The notes under the pieces are model-generated. The model ran no database searches and was not told where the DNA came from. It was given only the letters and a program-made list of their open reading frames with translations. The translations under genes were made by a program, and so were the position numbers. 64,000 bases of DNA from Candidatus Hodarchaeum mangrovi (lineage in GTDB: Archaea; Asgardarchaeota; Heimdallarchaeia; Hodarchaeales; Hodarchaeaceae), in the NCBI GenBank assembly GCA_016839515.1, contig JAEOUE010000254.1:1-64000 (forward strand). Direction: 5' to 3'. Shown here in pieces: positions 50,663 through 60,720 of the stretch; the stretch's first letter is position 1; every line of letters begins with the position of its first letter.

Positions 50663-51892
50663 ATGTATGGAGTCATTAGATTTATGTTCCAAATCCAATT
50701 ATGCGGATTAATTATTTTTTTCTGTGAAGTGGTTTCTAACATTACTTTATTCTATTTTATAGCAAAAAGATACCGAAGAACGAAACTTCTTGTAGTAGCT
50801 ATTCTTTCTAGTTTATATATCGTATTTATCGCTTTTATTGCTATAGAATTATTCTTTTTCCTTATAAACTTTAATAATCCTGTCAATGCTTATCTTGATG
50901 TGGGAAATAATTTTTTCACTTCCCTTTTACCCTTTTTTGGGGGTATATCTGCTGGGATTTTTCTTCTTTTCATAGAATATTTTCGTAATGAACGAATAAA
51001 TCCAATTCACATGGGTATTTATGGTGTCTTTTTAGGAGCATTTATTCTAAATCTTCTTTATCATTACATCATCCCAGAAACAGTTAATATCAGTGAATTA
51101 ACTCCGCCTTTGATGACCAATGATGTACAAGAGTTATTTTATTTTTTTCTAAGCTTTTTATTTTCTACTAATTTTCCTGCACCCTATTTTGTGGGTTATG
51201 TTGTCATTATAACTTTACATTCATTGAATCAAATAAATAAATTAATTGCTCCTCATGAAAAAATACAAAAACGTCAAATAAAGTTAATGGAATATTCGAT
51301 CATTTTTTATTATCTTTTCACCCTTCTTTTAGTCGTTTCAGGCAATATTCTTAGAAACATTACACCCCCTGACGTCCAAGTTTTTTTGAAACATTTTGCT
51401 CCTCATATAACAGTTCTTTTAGGGCATTATACAATGTTTCAAGCATATGTTAAAGCTCCTATTGGATTCTTGCAATTTCAACGAAATGAAAAAATTCTTG
51501 TTATGAACCAATCAGGTATTCCTTTATTTTCATATGATTTTGAAGATTTTAATCAGGAAAAAATTTTTAGCACTCATCTAAAAGGGGAGCAAGATCTTCT
51601 CTTATCTGGGGGAGTCTATGCGGTTCTATCGCTTTTTCGAGATATGATCCAAACAACCAATATCAAATTAATTCAATTTGAAAAGAAACAACTCATGCTG
51701 GCTTATAATGATAATTTCATTACCTTTCTTATAGTAGATAGAGTCTCTCAGTTTCTTTGGTCAGCATTAGAATCTTTTTGCCGTATGTTTAATCTAAGAT
51801 ATGGCAATGAAGCAGGAGAATTAACAGTGGTTCCTGTTTATATTTTTGATGATGCAGTTGAATTAGTAGCCTTAGCATTTGGTCGAAAGTAA
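50663..51892 (+). CDS. 7TM membrane protein with C-terminal longin-like domain
   Basis: Seven hydrophobic segments in the first ~265 aa, then ILVMNQSGIPLFSYDF..LLLSGGVYAVLSLFRDM..FLWSALESFCRMFNLRY. Confidence 0.7.
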   Translation: MYGVIRFMFQIQLCGLIIFFCEVVSNITLFYFIAKRYRRTKLLVVAILSSLYIVFIAFIAIELFFFLINFNNPVNAYLDVGNNFFTSLLPFFGGISAGIFLLFIEYFRNERINPIHMGIYGVFLGAFILNLLYHYIIPETVNISELTPPLMTNDVQELFYFFLSFLFSTNFPAPYFVGYVVIITLHSLNQINKLIAPHEKIQKRQIKLMEYSIIFYYLFTLLLVVSGNILRNITPPDVQVFLKHFAPHITVLLGHYTMFQAYVKAPIGFLQFQRNEKILVMNQSGIPLFSYDFEDFNQEKIFSTHLKGEQDLLLSGGVYAVLSLFRDMIQTTNIKLIQFEKKQLMLAYNDNFITFLIVDRVSQFLWSALESFCRMFNLRYGNEAGELTVVPVYIFDDAVELVALAFGRK

Positions 51893-51907
51893 ATTTCGGA
51901 TCCTTAT

Positions 51908-52918
51908 TTATGTTTTCCATTGATATTTAAGATTTTTACCTTCAAGAAAACTTAAAATATCAGAGACAATCATTTCAGTTTGGTGTCGGATTACATCTTG
52001 AGTATTTCCACCAAAATGAGGCATAACTGTAACATTGGGAAGTTTTAAGAAACGGTTATCTGAATCAACTGGTTCATCATCGAAAACATCGAGGCCAGCA
52101 CCTGCTATCTTCTTTTTTACAAGAGCTTCATAAAGAGCATCTTCATCGATGCAAAAGGAACGAGCAAGATTAAAAAAATGCGCTGTTGGCTTCATTAATG
52201 CAAACAATTCTTTGGTAATGAGTCCTTCTGTTTCCTCTATCGGAGGAGTATGAATCGTGATCAGATCAGATTCTTTCATCAACTCTTCTAGCTCAACAGC
52301 TTGAGCTAGGGTTTCTTTAACAACTAGATGATTTGAATCTATATAAGGGTCATAATAGATTATTTTCGATCCAAAGCCAAGATGTAGACGTTTAGCTACT
52401 CTTTGGCCAATTTGGCCAAATCCTATTATCCCAATTGTCAATCCACCCAATTCAATTCCAATGAATTGGTTATAGAATTCCGCAAATCCGCTTTCATCTA
52501 ATTCTGATATGTCAAACTCTCCACTTCGCAGAAATCTATCCAATTGAATAATTTTCCTTGCTTGAGATAGCATCATACCAACTGTTAAATCTGCTACTGC
52601 ATCAGCATTTCTATGGGGTGTATAAATAACAGGGATTCTTTTTTCTTCAGCTGCTTCAGCATCAATATTAACAGGAGTTCCTCGAGTTGACGCAATCAAT
52701 TTTAAATGGGTTTTCTCTATTACCCAAGCATCAATTTCATCAGCTTCTGTAATAATGATTTCTATGTTCTCATTATTTAATTTTAAAATTAGTTCTTCAT
52801 CATCAAAAAATAATTTGCCTGTTTTCCTCCAATTTTCATATTGAATATCCAATTGAGGGTGATTTTGGAGTATTCTAAGACCATTCTCATGAAATGGAGC
52901 CGTTATTAAAACTTTCAT
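51908..52918 (-). CDS. D-isomer-specific 2-hydroxyacid dehydrogenase (SerA-like)
   Basis: NADAVAD, GIIGFGQIG, NLAR, GLDVFDDEP, PHFGG. Confidence 0.9.
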   Translation of the reverse strand: MKVLITAPFHENGLRILQNHPQLDIQYENWRKTGKLFFDDEELILKLNNENIEIIITEADEIDAWVIEKTHLKLIASTRGTPVNIDAEAAEEKRIPVIYTPHRNADAVADLTVGMMLSQARKIIQLDRFLRSGEFDISELDESGFAEFYNQFIGIELGGLTIGIIGFGQIGQRVAKRLHLGFGSKIIYYDPYIDSNHLVVKETLAQAVELEELMKESDLITIHTPPIEETEGLITKELFALMKPTAHFFNLARSFCIDEDALYEALVKKKIAGAGLDVFDDEPVDSDNRFLKLPNVTVMPHFGGNTQDVIRHQTEMIVSDILSFLEGKNLKYQWKT

Positions 52919-52944
52919 TCATTGGATCTCCTAAAATACAGAGT

Positions 52945-54456
52945 TCACTCTTCAGTTCGTGACTCTTGGTAAATCTCTTTCCATCGCGGATATAATGACT
53001 CATATTCAGCATTTTCAGCTTCTTGAGGATAGAAATAAATATGTTCTCTGAAGAACTTGCAAGCTTCCTCCATATCCTTGTACACTCCAAGACCAATCAT
53101 GCTTGCAATCGCTCCAGCTAGAGCTGCACCCTCAGGTTCTAATACTCTGATCTCAGAATTAAGAACATTCGATAAAATTTGGGCAAAAGCTTTTGAACGA
53201 CTTAATCCTCCAACTAAATTAATTTCAGAAGAAGGAACACCAGTTAGATCGCTGATTTGTTCGTAATTTGCCCTGACAGCATAACTAAGGTTTTCAAGTA
53301 AAGCTCGAGCAAAAGAACCAATATTTATAGGATTATCAAAAGAATAAGCAATGGGAGTAAATTGATACCCCCCTCCACTAGGAATTAGCAACATTTTCTG
53401 AGCTGAGAATATTTGAGGACCTAAATCTGCAAACACTCCACCTGATCCAGGAGCTTCAGACAAAACAAGCTGTTCAAATTTTTCCCATGGATTATGAACC
53501 TCTAGAGGGGATAAAATTGATTCAATAAACCAATGGTGAATGTCTCCACCTGACCCTGCATTCGATTCAATTACCCAACGATGAAGAGGAAAAGCACCAG
53601 TCCATATATTCTGATCTGGATCAATTAAAGGTTTTTGTACGACAAATTGTAATGGCATTGTTGAACCAGCGACAACACCCATAGAATTAGGATGAATAGC
53701 TCCACATCCAATCAAAGAAGCTTGGGTATCTGCAGCACTCATAATCACGGGTATCTGGCTAGAGAATCCTAACTGTTGGCTAATTTCTGGGTTAATTGAA
53801 CCAATAACCTCCCCGAATTGTAAAAGTTCAGGAAGAATCTCATGAGAAAAATTAAATTCTTCCATAATTTTATCAGACCATTTTCTTGCAGTGATATCAA
53901 ATAATAGTGTTTCAGCTGCTGCAGTATCATCACTAGTATATTTTCCAGTTAAACGATAATTTACCCATCCATCTATTGTTAATAGGTGTTTAATCATATT
54001 ATATTTTTCTTCTTCATTTTCTTTAAACCAGAGTAATCGTGGTAGTGCGAATAAAAATGGAGCTCCATGGCCAGTTATTCGGAAAAGTTCCTCATTAGTC
54101 ATGTATTCTTCAACATCAACTTCTAATCCTCTAGCATCACGATTGGGTCCTGCATATATCTCTTTTCCTTCTTTATTGAGAAATACACACCCATGTCGTT
54201 GAGATGTTGCAGAAATTGCCTTTATTTCACGTGCTTCAACTGATGCATTCTCTAATGCTTGTTGAATACACTTTACAAGAATATTCCAAAATAGATCAGG
54301 ATTGAATTCGTGACCATAAGGCTCAAGACCTTCAGGTATCAAATAATGTTGACTCCATGGAATCTTTGAAAATCCTTTAATTTTTCCTATTTCATCAATA
54401 ATTACCGCTTTTCCTCCACTAGTTCCTGCATCAAGCGATAAATAATAAATATTCAT
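52945..54456 (-). CDS. FGGY-family carbohydrate kinase
   Basis: LDAGTSGGKA, ATSQRHG, DAR, ADTQA..G.G, GGLSRS. Confidence 0.9.
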   Translation of the reverse strand: MNIYYLSLDAGTSGGKAVIIDEIGKIKGFSKIPWSQHYLIPEGLEPYGHEFNPDLFWNILVKCIQQALENASVEAREIKAISATSQRHGCVFLNKEGKEIYAGPNRDARGLEVDVEEYMTNEELFRITGHGAPFLFALPRLLWFKENEEEKYNMIKHLLTIDGWVNYRLTGKYTSDDTAAAETLLFDITARKWSDKIMEEFNFSHEILPELLQFGEVIGSINPEISQQLGFSSQIPVIMSAADTQASLIGCGAIHPNSMGVVAGSTMPLQFVVQKPLIDPDQNIWTGAFPLHRWVIESNAGSGGDIHHWFIESILSPLEVHNPWEKFEQLVLSEAPGSGGVFADLGPQIFSAQKMLLIPSGGGYQFTPIAYSFDNPINIGSFARALLENLSYAVRANYEQISDLTGVPSSEINLVGGLSRSKAFAQILSNVLNSEIRVLEPEGAALAGAIASMIGLGVYKDMEEACKFFREHIYFYPQEAENAEYESLYPRWKEIYQESRTEE

Positions 54457-54465
54457 TCAATTCAC

Positions 54466-55086
54466 CTAATCCCAATCAGGAAAACGACGAAGTTTTCCTT
54501 CGAACTGCTTTGCATTTAAATAAAGTTGTAAATATTCCTCTAAAGCTCTGGTTTTTATAGCTGCTCTCTGAAAGGATTCCTCACTGACAGAAATCACTCC
54601 ATGATTTTGGAGTATAAGAACCTGACTGTCCCAAAGAGCTGTTGCAACTGCTTCACCCAATTCTTTTGATCCACTTCTCTCATATGGAACAATCACCACC
54701 TCTGGAACAAGAAAAGCTAATTCCGCAGTAAAAGGTTGAAATTCAGGTGGATTTTCTAGAATTGAGACCGCTGTTGCTAAAGGAGCATGAGAATGAATAA
54801 TAAAGCGGAAATCTTCATCTTCTTGATAAACACGGAGATGCATAGGCCATTCTACACTCGGTGAATAGGTAGAATGTTCCTTTACTATTTCACCATGCAG
54901 TGTCATTTGAATGAGATCTTTCGGTTCAACTAAGTCTTTTTTCAATCCTGAAGGAGTTATCCAAAATTTATCAGTTTCTTCAACAGACCGAAAACTTAAG
55001 TTTCCCCCTATATCGGTCAAGATCTTTTCTGAATAAAGCTCCTTCATTGTCTTACATAATGATTGTTTCAATAATTGATCGTCCAA
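54466..55086 (-). CDS. Class II aldolase/adducin family protein
   Basis: GGNLS.R, ITPSG, PSVEWPMH, IIHSH, LQNHG. Confidence 0.9.
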   Translation of the reverse strand: MDDQLLKQSLCKTMKELYSEKILTDIGGNLSFRSVEETDKFWITPSGLKKDLVEPKDLIQMTLHGEIVKEHSTYSPSVEWPMHLRVYQEDEDFRFIIHSHAPLATAVSILENPPEFQPFTAELAFLVPEVVIVPYERSGSKELGEAVATALWDSQVLILQNHGVISVSEESFQRAAIKTRALEEYLQLYLNAKQFEGKLRRFPDWD

Positions 55087-55110
55087 ATGAAAAACCTCTT
55101 TTGTAGGTAT

Positions 55111-55458
55111 TCATTTCATCAATTTTTGAAGTTTTAATAAATCAGGCATACTTCCTTTTACTTTCAACTTTTTAGCAGTATAAGCTTTCATCCCACCTAT
55201 CTCCCCAGACATGATTCCAACCCATGTTTCAGAATCAGTGGTGATTTTGACATCTGATTTTTCAGGTTCTCCTTCTTGGATCTCGCTAGGAGTACCATTT
55301 TCAATTTTGAAATAATAATGTTTTCCAATATCACTGAATTCAAACGACATTACTTTATTCCACTTTCGAAATACTTTTTGAGACTTTTCAGTTAAAAAGT
55401 TTTCACGGAGTTTGTTAACGCTATCTACATAATCTTCAGTCATTGATTTCACTTCCAA
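55111..55458 (-). CDS. SCP2 sterol/lipid-binding domain protein
   Basis: SDVKITTDSETW..IMSGE...MKAY..KKLKVKGSM.DLLKL. Confidence 0.85.
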   Translation of the reverse strand: MEVKSMTEDYVDSVNKLRENFLTEKSQKVFRKWNKVMSFEFSDIGKHYYFKIENGTPSEIQEGEPEKSDVKITTDSETWVGIMSGEIGGMKAYTAKKLKVKGSMPDLLKLQKLMK

Positions 55459-55627
55459 ATGATTGTTGGGTTAAGAAAGGAATTATTCCTATTAAATATA
55501 GATTCTTTGAAAAGGATTGTGTCATAAAAATACAACTTTTAATTTTTACTAAAATCTTCTGTAAAGCGACAAATTATTTATATATTTGGAACAGGTCGAA
55601 AAATATTATTTTTATTATATCTGAAAC

Positions 55628-57574
55628 TCAAGAAGGAGTATCAAGCAGATTGGAATATTCAATTAATCCTAAATCTTGCAAGTGATTTTTATTAGGTAAT
55701 GAAGTCTCTAAATCCCATTTCAATTTATTATAAAAATCACGTATAATCTGATTTTCTTCTTCGACAGTAATACCTTTATTTGGGCCACTAATTGCTGTTT
55801 TAAGAAGTCGAGTAGGTAATTTGAATGCTAAAGGATTAATTCCTTCTCGAATGTTGAACAAATGTTTAAGAGTAAAAATTCTTTCACCAATTATTGCAAG
55901 TTCTTTTCCTGAATAGGTTGAACCCAGAGTTAATTTTAAGAATTCAGCTATTGGGAAATTTCCCGTTACTAAAGAAAATTGACATAACCCCAGTGACGAA
56001 GTGAGTTGATTATAAAAATAAAAATTAGAGATTTGATCCTTCTTATCTAATTCAGGATACATTTCGTTATATTTAGATAATCCAATCATCAACTCCATAA
56101 AAGCAGTATGTCGACCAGGAGCTGGATCTATTCGATAGGGTAAAACAAGTGTTTTAGAATAACGGGGATCATGAGCTGGAATTGGTTGATTTTGGATATG
56201 CATCGCATATTCTTCTCCCAATTCCTTTTCAACTGCTTTTAATCCTTCTGCAAACCGATCCCCAAGGCCTCTACGATGAACTATTAGCTCTAAAAAGGCC
56301 AAATAGTTTTGCGGGTGTCCCCAATCTAGGATTAAACCTTCTAAATCTTGAGCTGTTAACCGTCCTGTTTCCTGTGCCTCTATAGCATAAGCTATTAATG
56401 CACCAGCTGCGATTGTATCCACTCCCTGTCTATTACAAAAGTCATTAAGCTGAAAAATTGATCCTAGATCATCATTCAGGAGATTTGATCCCAGCATTGC
56501 TAATGTTTCATATTCAGGCTTATGGGTATCTTCAAAAGTATATCTTTCATCTGAATAACGCATTATTCCTCCACAAGCCATTGGACAGGAATGACATCCA
56601 TAGCTTTTGATCTGATATTGTATTACATTATCTCCAGTTATTTTTATACTATTTTTTAACGGAAAATCCTTATGAGAACCACCCCAATTTTTTACTGGAC
56701 CATCTCCTGTTTCTACTGCAATAGCCGTTCCAGCACAAGTTCCCCACTTTCTATACCCCTCTATCACTAGATTAGAAGGACTCATAGAGCCGAAGTTTTT
56801 AATCCTGAAGCGTCGAATCCATGGTGCAAATATCGTTGAAGCTTTTAAAGCAGGTTCCATTAATGAACTAATTCCTTTATTTATCCGTTTATTAACCAAT
56901 TTTCTAAGCTCGGTTAATCCATCTGGGTCACTTACTGGTATATCCTTTGTTCCACTAACGACAATAGCTTTCAAATTTTTAGACCCCATGACTGCACCTA
57001 AACCACTTCTAGCCGCTATTCGTCCTTTATCGGTCACAATACCACTAATTAATACTTTATTCTCTCCAGCTAATCCTATAGAAGCAACATGTACCTTTCC
57101 ATATTGATTCTGCAGTATTTCCTCAGTTTCTAAACAATCCTTCCCTTTTAAATGAGGTGAGGAAATAATCTCTACTGAATCATCAGTAATACGTAGAATA
57201 CTTAGCTCTTTAGATTTTCCTTTAATTATAAGACCATCAAATCCAGATTTTCTTAATTCTGGCCCAAAACGTCCACCACAGTTAGCCTCTCCCCATGTAT
57301 TAGTCAGTGGAGATTTAGATGCAACAGTAAACCGTCCAGAAAAAGGAATTCGTGTTGCACTAAATATTCCTGTAATAAAGCATAAAAAATTATCTGGAGA
57401 GAGAGGATCAACTTTAGCAGGCATATTTCTTAAGAGATAATCAATAACTATGCCATGACCACCTAAAAATTTTAAAAATTTTTCTTCACTAAATCCAATT
57501 GACTCTAATGAAACAGATTTATTTGTTAAGTCAATTATTGCAAGACGATATAATCTAGAATTAGAAATACTCAA
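55628..57574 (-). CDS. aor: Tungsten-dependent aldehyde:ferredoxin oxidoreductase family protein
   Basis: KSPLT, GEANCGG, AARSGLGAVMGSKNLKAI, CHSCPMAC, PEYET, GVDTI, HDPR, GLCQF. Confidence 0.9.
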   Translation of the reverse strand: MSISNSRLYRLAIIDLTNKSVSLESIGFSEEKFLKFLGGHGIVIDYLLRNMPAKVDPLSPDNFLCFITGIFSATRIPFSGRFTVASKSPLTNTWGEANCGGRFGPELRKSGFDGLIIKGKSKELSILRITDDSVEIISSPHLKGKDCLETEEILQNQYGKVHVASIGLAGENKVLISGIVTDKGRIAARSGLGAVMGSKNLKAIVVSGTKDIPVSDPDGLTELRKLVNKRINKGISSLMEPALKASTIFAPWIRRFRIKNFGSMSPSNLVIEGYRKWGTCAGTAIAVETGDGPVKNWGGSHKDFPLKNSIKITGDNVIQYQIKSYGCHSCPMACGGIMRYSDERYTFEDTHKPEYETLAMLGSNLLNDDLGSIFQLNDFCNRQGVDTIAAGALIAYAIEAQETGRLTAQDLEGLILDWGHPQNYLAFLELIVHRRGLGDRFAEGLKAVEKELGEEYAMHIQNQPIPAHDPRYSKTLVLPYRIDPAPGRHTAFMELMIGLSKYNEMYPELDKKDQISNFYFYNQLTSSLGLCQFSLVTGNFPIAEFLKLTLGSTYSGKELAIIGERIFTLKHLFNIREGINPLAFKLPTRLLKTAISGPNKGITVEEENQIIRDFYNKLKWDLETSLPNKNHLQDLGLIEYSNLLDTPS

Positions 57575-57625
57575 TTAATTACCATCCATTGAAGATATAC
57601 AATTCAAATAGCTCTATATTTTTAC

Positions 57626-58465
57626 TCATTTGAGACCAAAACCCATTTGCATTAATTCCGAAAGCTTAGCGAGGAATCGAGTCGCGGGAGCTCCAAGGGA
57701 CACCTCCTCATCAAACATCACAGTCATACTGAGGTATTCGCCAATGTCGACAGGGTTAGCTAGATCTCTTCGCTTCTTAAAGATTCCCCCCAATGCGAAC
57801 ACAACAGGATGCAAACCGATTGGGATGGCCCATCCCCCGCCTTTTCCGAACATACCTACTGCTGTGACACCAACAGTACCCATGAGACGCTTCCTTAGAA
57901 AAGGATCTGATCTAATTTTCCACCAAAAAGGCTTCTTCAGGAAGCCTGGTAAGCGAAGAAAGACACTGACTGACTCAGGAATCCCTTCACCAGCTATGAA
58001 ACGTCCACTGGTTTCTAACCTCTGGACCCGACGAATCTCATCATTAATCTGCCTGAAGCTCTTCTCATTCGCCTTCCTCACGATGTATTGAGTAGGAACC
58101 TTTTCTGAATTCACCTGCCGCTCGATTATCATGCCAACATCAACATCCTCGAAGACAATGAGCTTTATTTTTCCTTTCTTAAAGGCTTGAATTTCTCTAT
58201 GCTCGCCTATGGCTTGAGCAATACATTTTATCACCCAAGCTGTGAAAGAAAGCTTCTCTCCAGTCTTTACTTCATTCTCTATGATAAACTTCCGTGCTTC
58301 TGTGACATCAATCTCAACTAGCCCATAGATACGGTTTTTCGGTGCTAGGTTGTTAAGAAGGTCTATGGGCCAAGTAGATCTGCGGGTTATTTCTCTGAAA
58401 GGAACAGTACTTCCTAATTCTTCGGGTTTCATATCTGGGTCCTGCTTTTTTGAACTCATAAACAA
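57626..58465 (-). CDS. Stand-alone 2-oxoacid dehydrogenase acyltransferase (E2) catalytic-domain protein lacking the catalytic His
   Basis: EIDVT, SFTAWVIKC, GTVGVTAVG, FDEEVSLGAPATRF in place of DHxxxDGA; no lipoyl domain. Confidence 0.8.
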   Translation of the reverse strand: MFMSSKKQDPDMKPEELGSTVPFREITRRSTWPIDLLNNLAPKNRIYGLVEIDVTEARKFIIENEVKTGEKLSFTAWVIKCIAQAIGEHREIQAFKKGKIKLIVFEDVDVGMIIERQVNSEKVPTQYIVRKANEKSFRQINDEIRRVQRLETSGRFIAGEGIPESVSVFLRLPGFLKKPFWWKIRSDPFLRKRLMGTVGVTAVGMFGKGGGWAIPIGLHPVVFALGGIFKKRRDLANPVDIGEYLSMTVMFDEEVSLGAPATRFLAKLSELMQMGFGLK

Positions 58466-58530
58466 TAAACCTCATTTCCATCCGTTAGAACCAAAATACT
58501 AGAGCACTTTGTCCCTGTTGCGTATAGGCA

Positions 58531-58580
58531 TATTATATATAAATGTATACTAAATGTACATTAATCGTTCTATATATAAA
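58531..58580. promoter_or_regulatory. Divergent promoter region with imperfect palindrome AATGTA-N9-TACATT flanked by TATA-like boxes
   Basis: AATGTA at 58542-58547 and TACATT at 58557-58562; TATATATAAA tracts on both sides. Confidence 0.4.
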
Positions 58581-58597
58581 CCACAGGGTGAATCAAA

Positions 58598-59794
58598 GTG
58601 ACCAAAAAAAGTGTGATTTCAGGGTTTGTCAAACCTAGGTTTGAAGCTGTACAGGAAGCCTTCGCTGAGAACTTTGAGCAGCGAAATGAACTAGGGGCAG
58701 CCTGTTGTATTTACCACCGAGGAGAAAAAGTAGTCGACTTATGGGGTGGCATTAGAAACGAAACTACTGGAGAACCATGGGAAGAAGATACCATGGTGAT
58801 TGTTTGGTCAACTACAAAGGGATTAGCTGGATTAGCTATGGCACTTGCTCATTCACGGGGATTATTTGACTTCGATGAATGTGTCTCAAAGTATTGGCCT
58901 GAATTTGCTCAAGAGGGTAAAGAGAATATCACTATTCGACAGCTACTAGCACATCAAGCGGGACTCTTTGAATTCGATGGACAAGGTGACAAGAACACGA
59001 TAGCAGACCTTGATCGTCTAGCAGAGAACTTAGCACGACAAAAACCTGCATGGGAGCCAGGAACGAAGCAGGGATATCACGCTATCAGCCTTGGATACTA
59101 CCAAAGCGAGCTCTTGCGCCACGTTGACCCCAATGGCCGTAGCCTAGGGCAGTACTTCCAAGATGAAATTGCTACTCCACTTGGTCTCGACTTCTACATT
59201 CGACTTCCTGAAGAAATTCCAAATTCCAGACTAGCTACCCTTCGAACTGCCAAGATTGGCCTTTTGGCGATACGAGGTATGCCATTCCGCTTGGTTCTTG
59301 CATCGATGTACAAAAATTCTACATTCCGTAGATCGCTATTTGGGAGTGACATTTCCTTGGACAAAGAACATATTTATGCTAGGAATTTCGAAGTTCCTTC
59401 AGGAGGAGGTGTGGGAACAGCCCGTGCCATTGCTCATGCATACAGCGTTTTTGCGACCGGTGGAAAGGAACTTGGACTGCGAGAGGATACACTTCAACAA
59501 TTAATGGCACCCCCCGTTGCTCCATTACAAGGATCCAGAGATCTAGCCCTAAAAGTGGAGATACCATTCTCTCTCAGTTTCACGAAACCCTCTCCAAAGA
59601 CCCCCTGGGGTTCTCCTAGCTCATTTGGGATGCCAGGAACAGGAGGTTCATTTGGATTTGCGGATCCACAAGCTAAGATAGGATATGGGTATGTCCTCAA
59701 TGGGATGGGTATGTCACTTACTGATCCAAGAGACCTCGCTCTACGTACAGCAATGTACCATTCAATTGGCATAACAGATCCGTACTATGAGTGA
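58598..59794 (+). CDS. Serine hydrolase, beta-lactamase class C-like esterase
   Basis: VVDLWGG, STTK (SxxK), LLAHQAGL, WEPGT..GYH, FGMPGTGGS. Confidence 0.92.
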   Translation: MTKKSVISGFVKPRFEAVQEAFAENFEQRNELGAACCIYHRGEKVVDLWGGIRNETTGEPWEEDTMVIVWSTTKGLAGLAMALAHSRGLFDFDECVSKYWPEFAQEGKENITIRQLLAHQAGLFEFDGQGDKNTIADLDRLAENLARQKPAWEPGTKQGYHAISLGYYQSELLRHVDPNGRSLGQYFQDEIATPLGLDFYIRLPEEIPNSRLATLRTAKIGLLAIRGMPFRLVLASMYKNSTFRRSLFGSDISLDKEHIYARNFEVPSGGGVGTARAIAHAYSVFATGGKELGLREDTLQQLMAPPVAPLQGSRDLALKVEIPFSLSFTKPSPKTPWGSPSSFGMPGTGGSFGFADPQAKIGYGYVLNGMGMSLTDPRDLALRTAMYHSIGITDPYYE

Positions 59795-60720
59795 GGAGAC
59801 AATCCAACACTAGGAACCAAGAGATTCAAAACGATACAAATTTTAACAAGTCTGCAAATTCTAATACTTCCTATTGTATTTTGCCTTCACATTTGAATAT
59901 GAAAACTAACATACTTATAGGTACTTTGTGGTAGGTTACAGTTTCATTACTGCGTACAGATATTGATTTCGTCTCTACCCAATCGGAACTCTTTTATATT
60001 CCTCGTGTTAGGTATCTTGGGATTCTTAATAGATCCCTAGATTCTGAAAGGATAATTATTGTGGTTAATCAGGATTCAGGGACATATTATAATCTATGAT
60101 TGTATAATATTGGCGACAGTGCAAGTCATTGTCCTCCTACGTGGAGATGAAAACCAAGTTTGATTAGCAAAACAGATCTATACCACAGGACCAGCTAGAA
60201 CATACCTGAAATAGAAAAGGAGCAAACAGAATCGTCCCAGAAAAAATCAGTAATAAACAGATTACAACCAGATAATAGAATAGGGCTATAGGGAACAATA
60301 TAAGTAATTGCAAATTATATAAGTCACTACAATACAAGTGATTTAATATTATAGGACAGTGTTACAGTGATTATTAATAAAGAAATTCTAGAGGTTGTTG
60401 TTAGCATAAACAACCATCAGGAAGATCTATTCATTTGCAATATTATTTTTAGTTTTCTACTTCATTGATAGACCATTTTTGCAAAGTGTTGAAGTATTTA
60501 AAAGAGATAATTGTTTCCTTTTGAATCGCACAAAAGAGAAAAGATTCTCAGCGGTGTGCAAAGCATTAATTTTGTTGACTTCCTGATGGAAGGAATTTTC
60601 ACCTCTCCCCTATCCTATAGCTATTAAGACGGTGTGAAACCTATATTTTAAATTATAACCTTTTCCTTTGTTTACAATCGATACTTTAACCTTAATACTA
60701 TTGTTTTTAATTGCTTATTT

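Noticed and set aside
59795-60720. About 0.9 kb ORF-poor region, considered as ncRNA, riboswitch or decayed membrane-protein gene
   Set aside because: Only short hydrophobic fragments; I saw no cobalamin-riboswitch or tRNA consensus; needs Infernal and BLASTX
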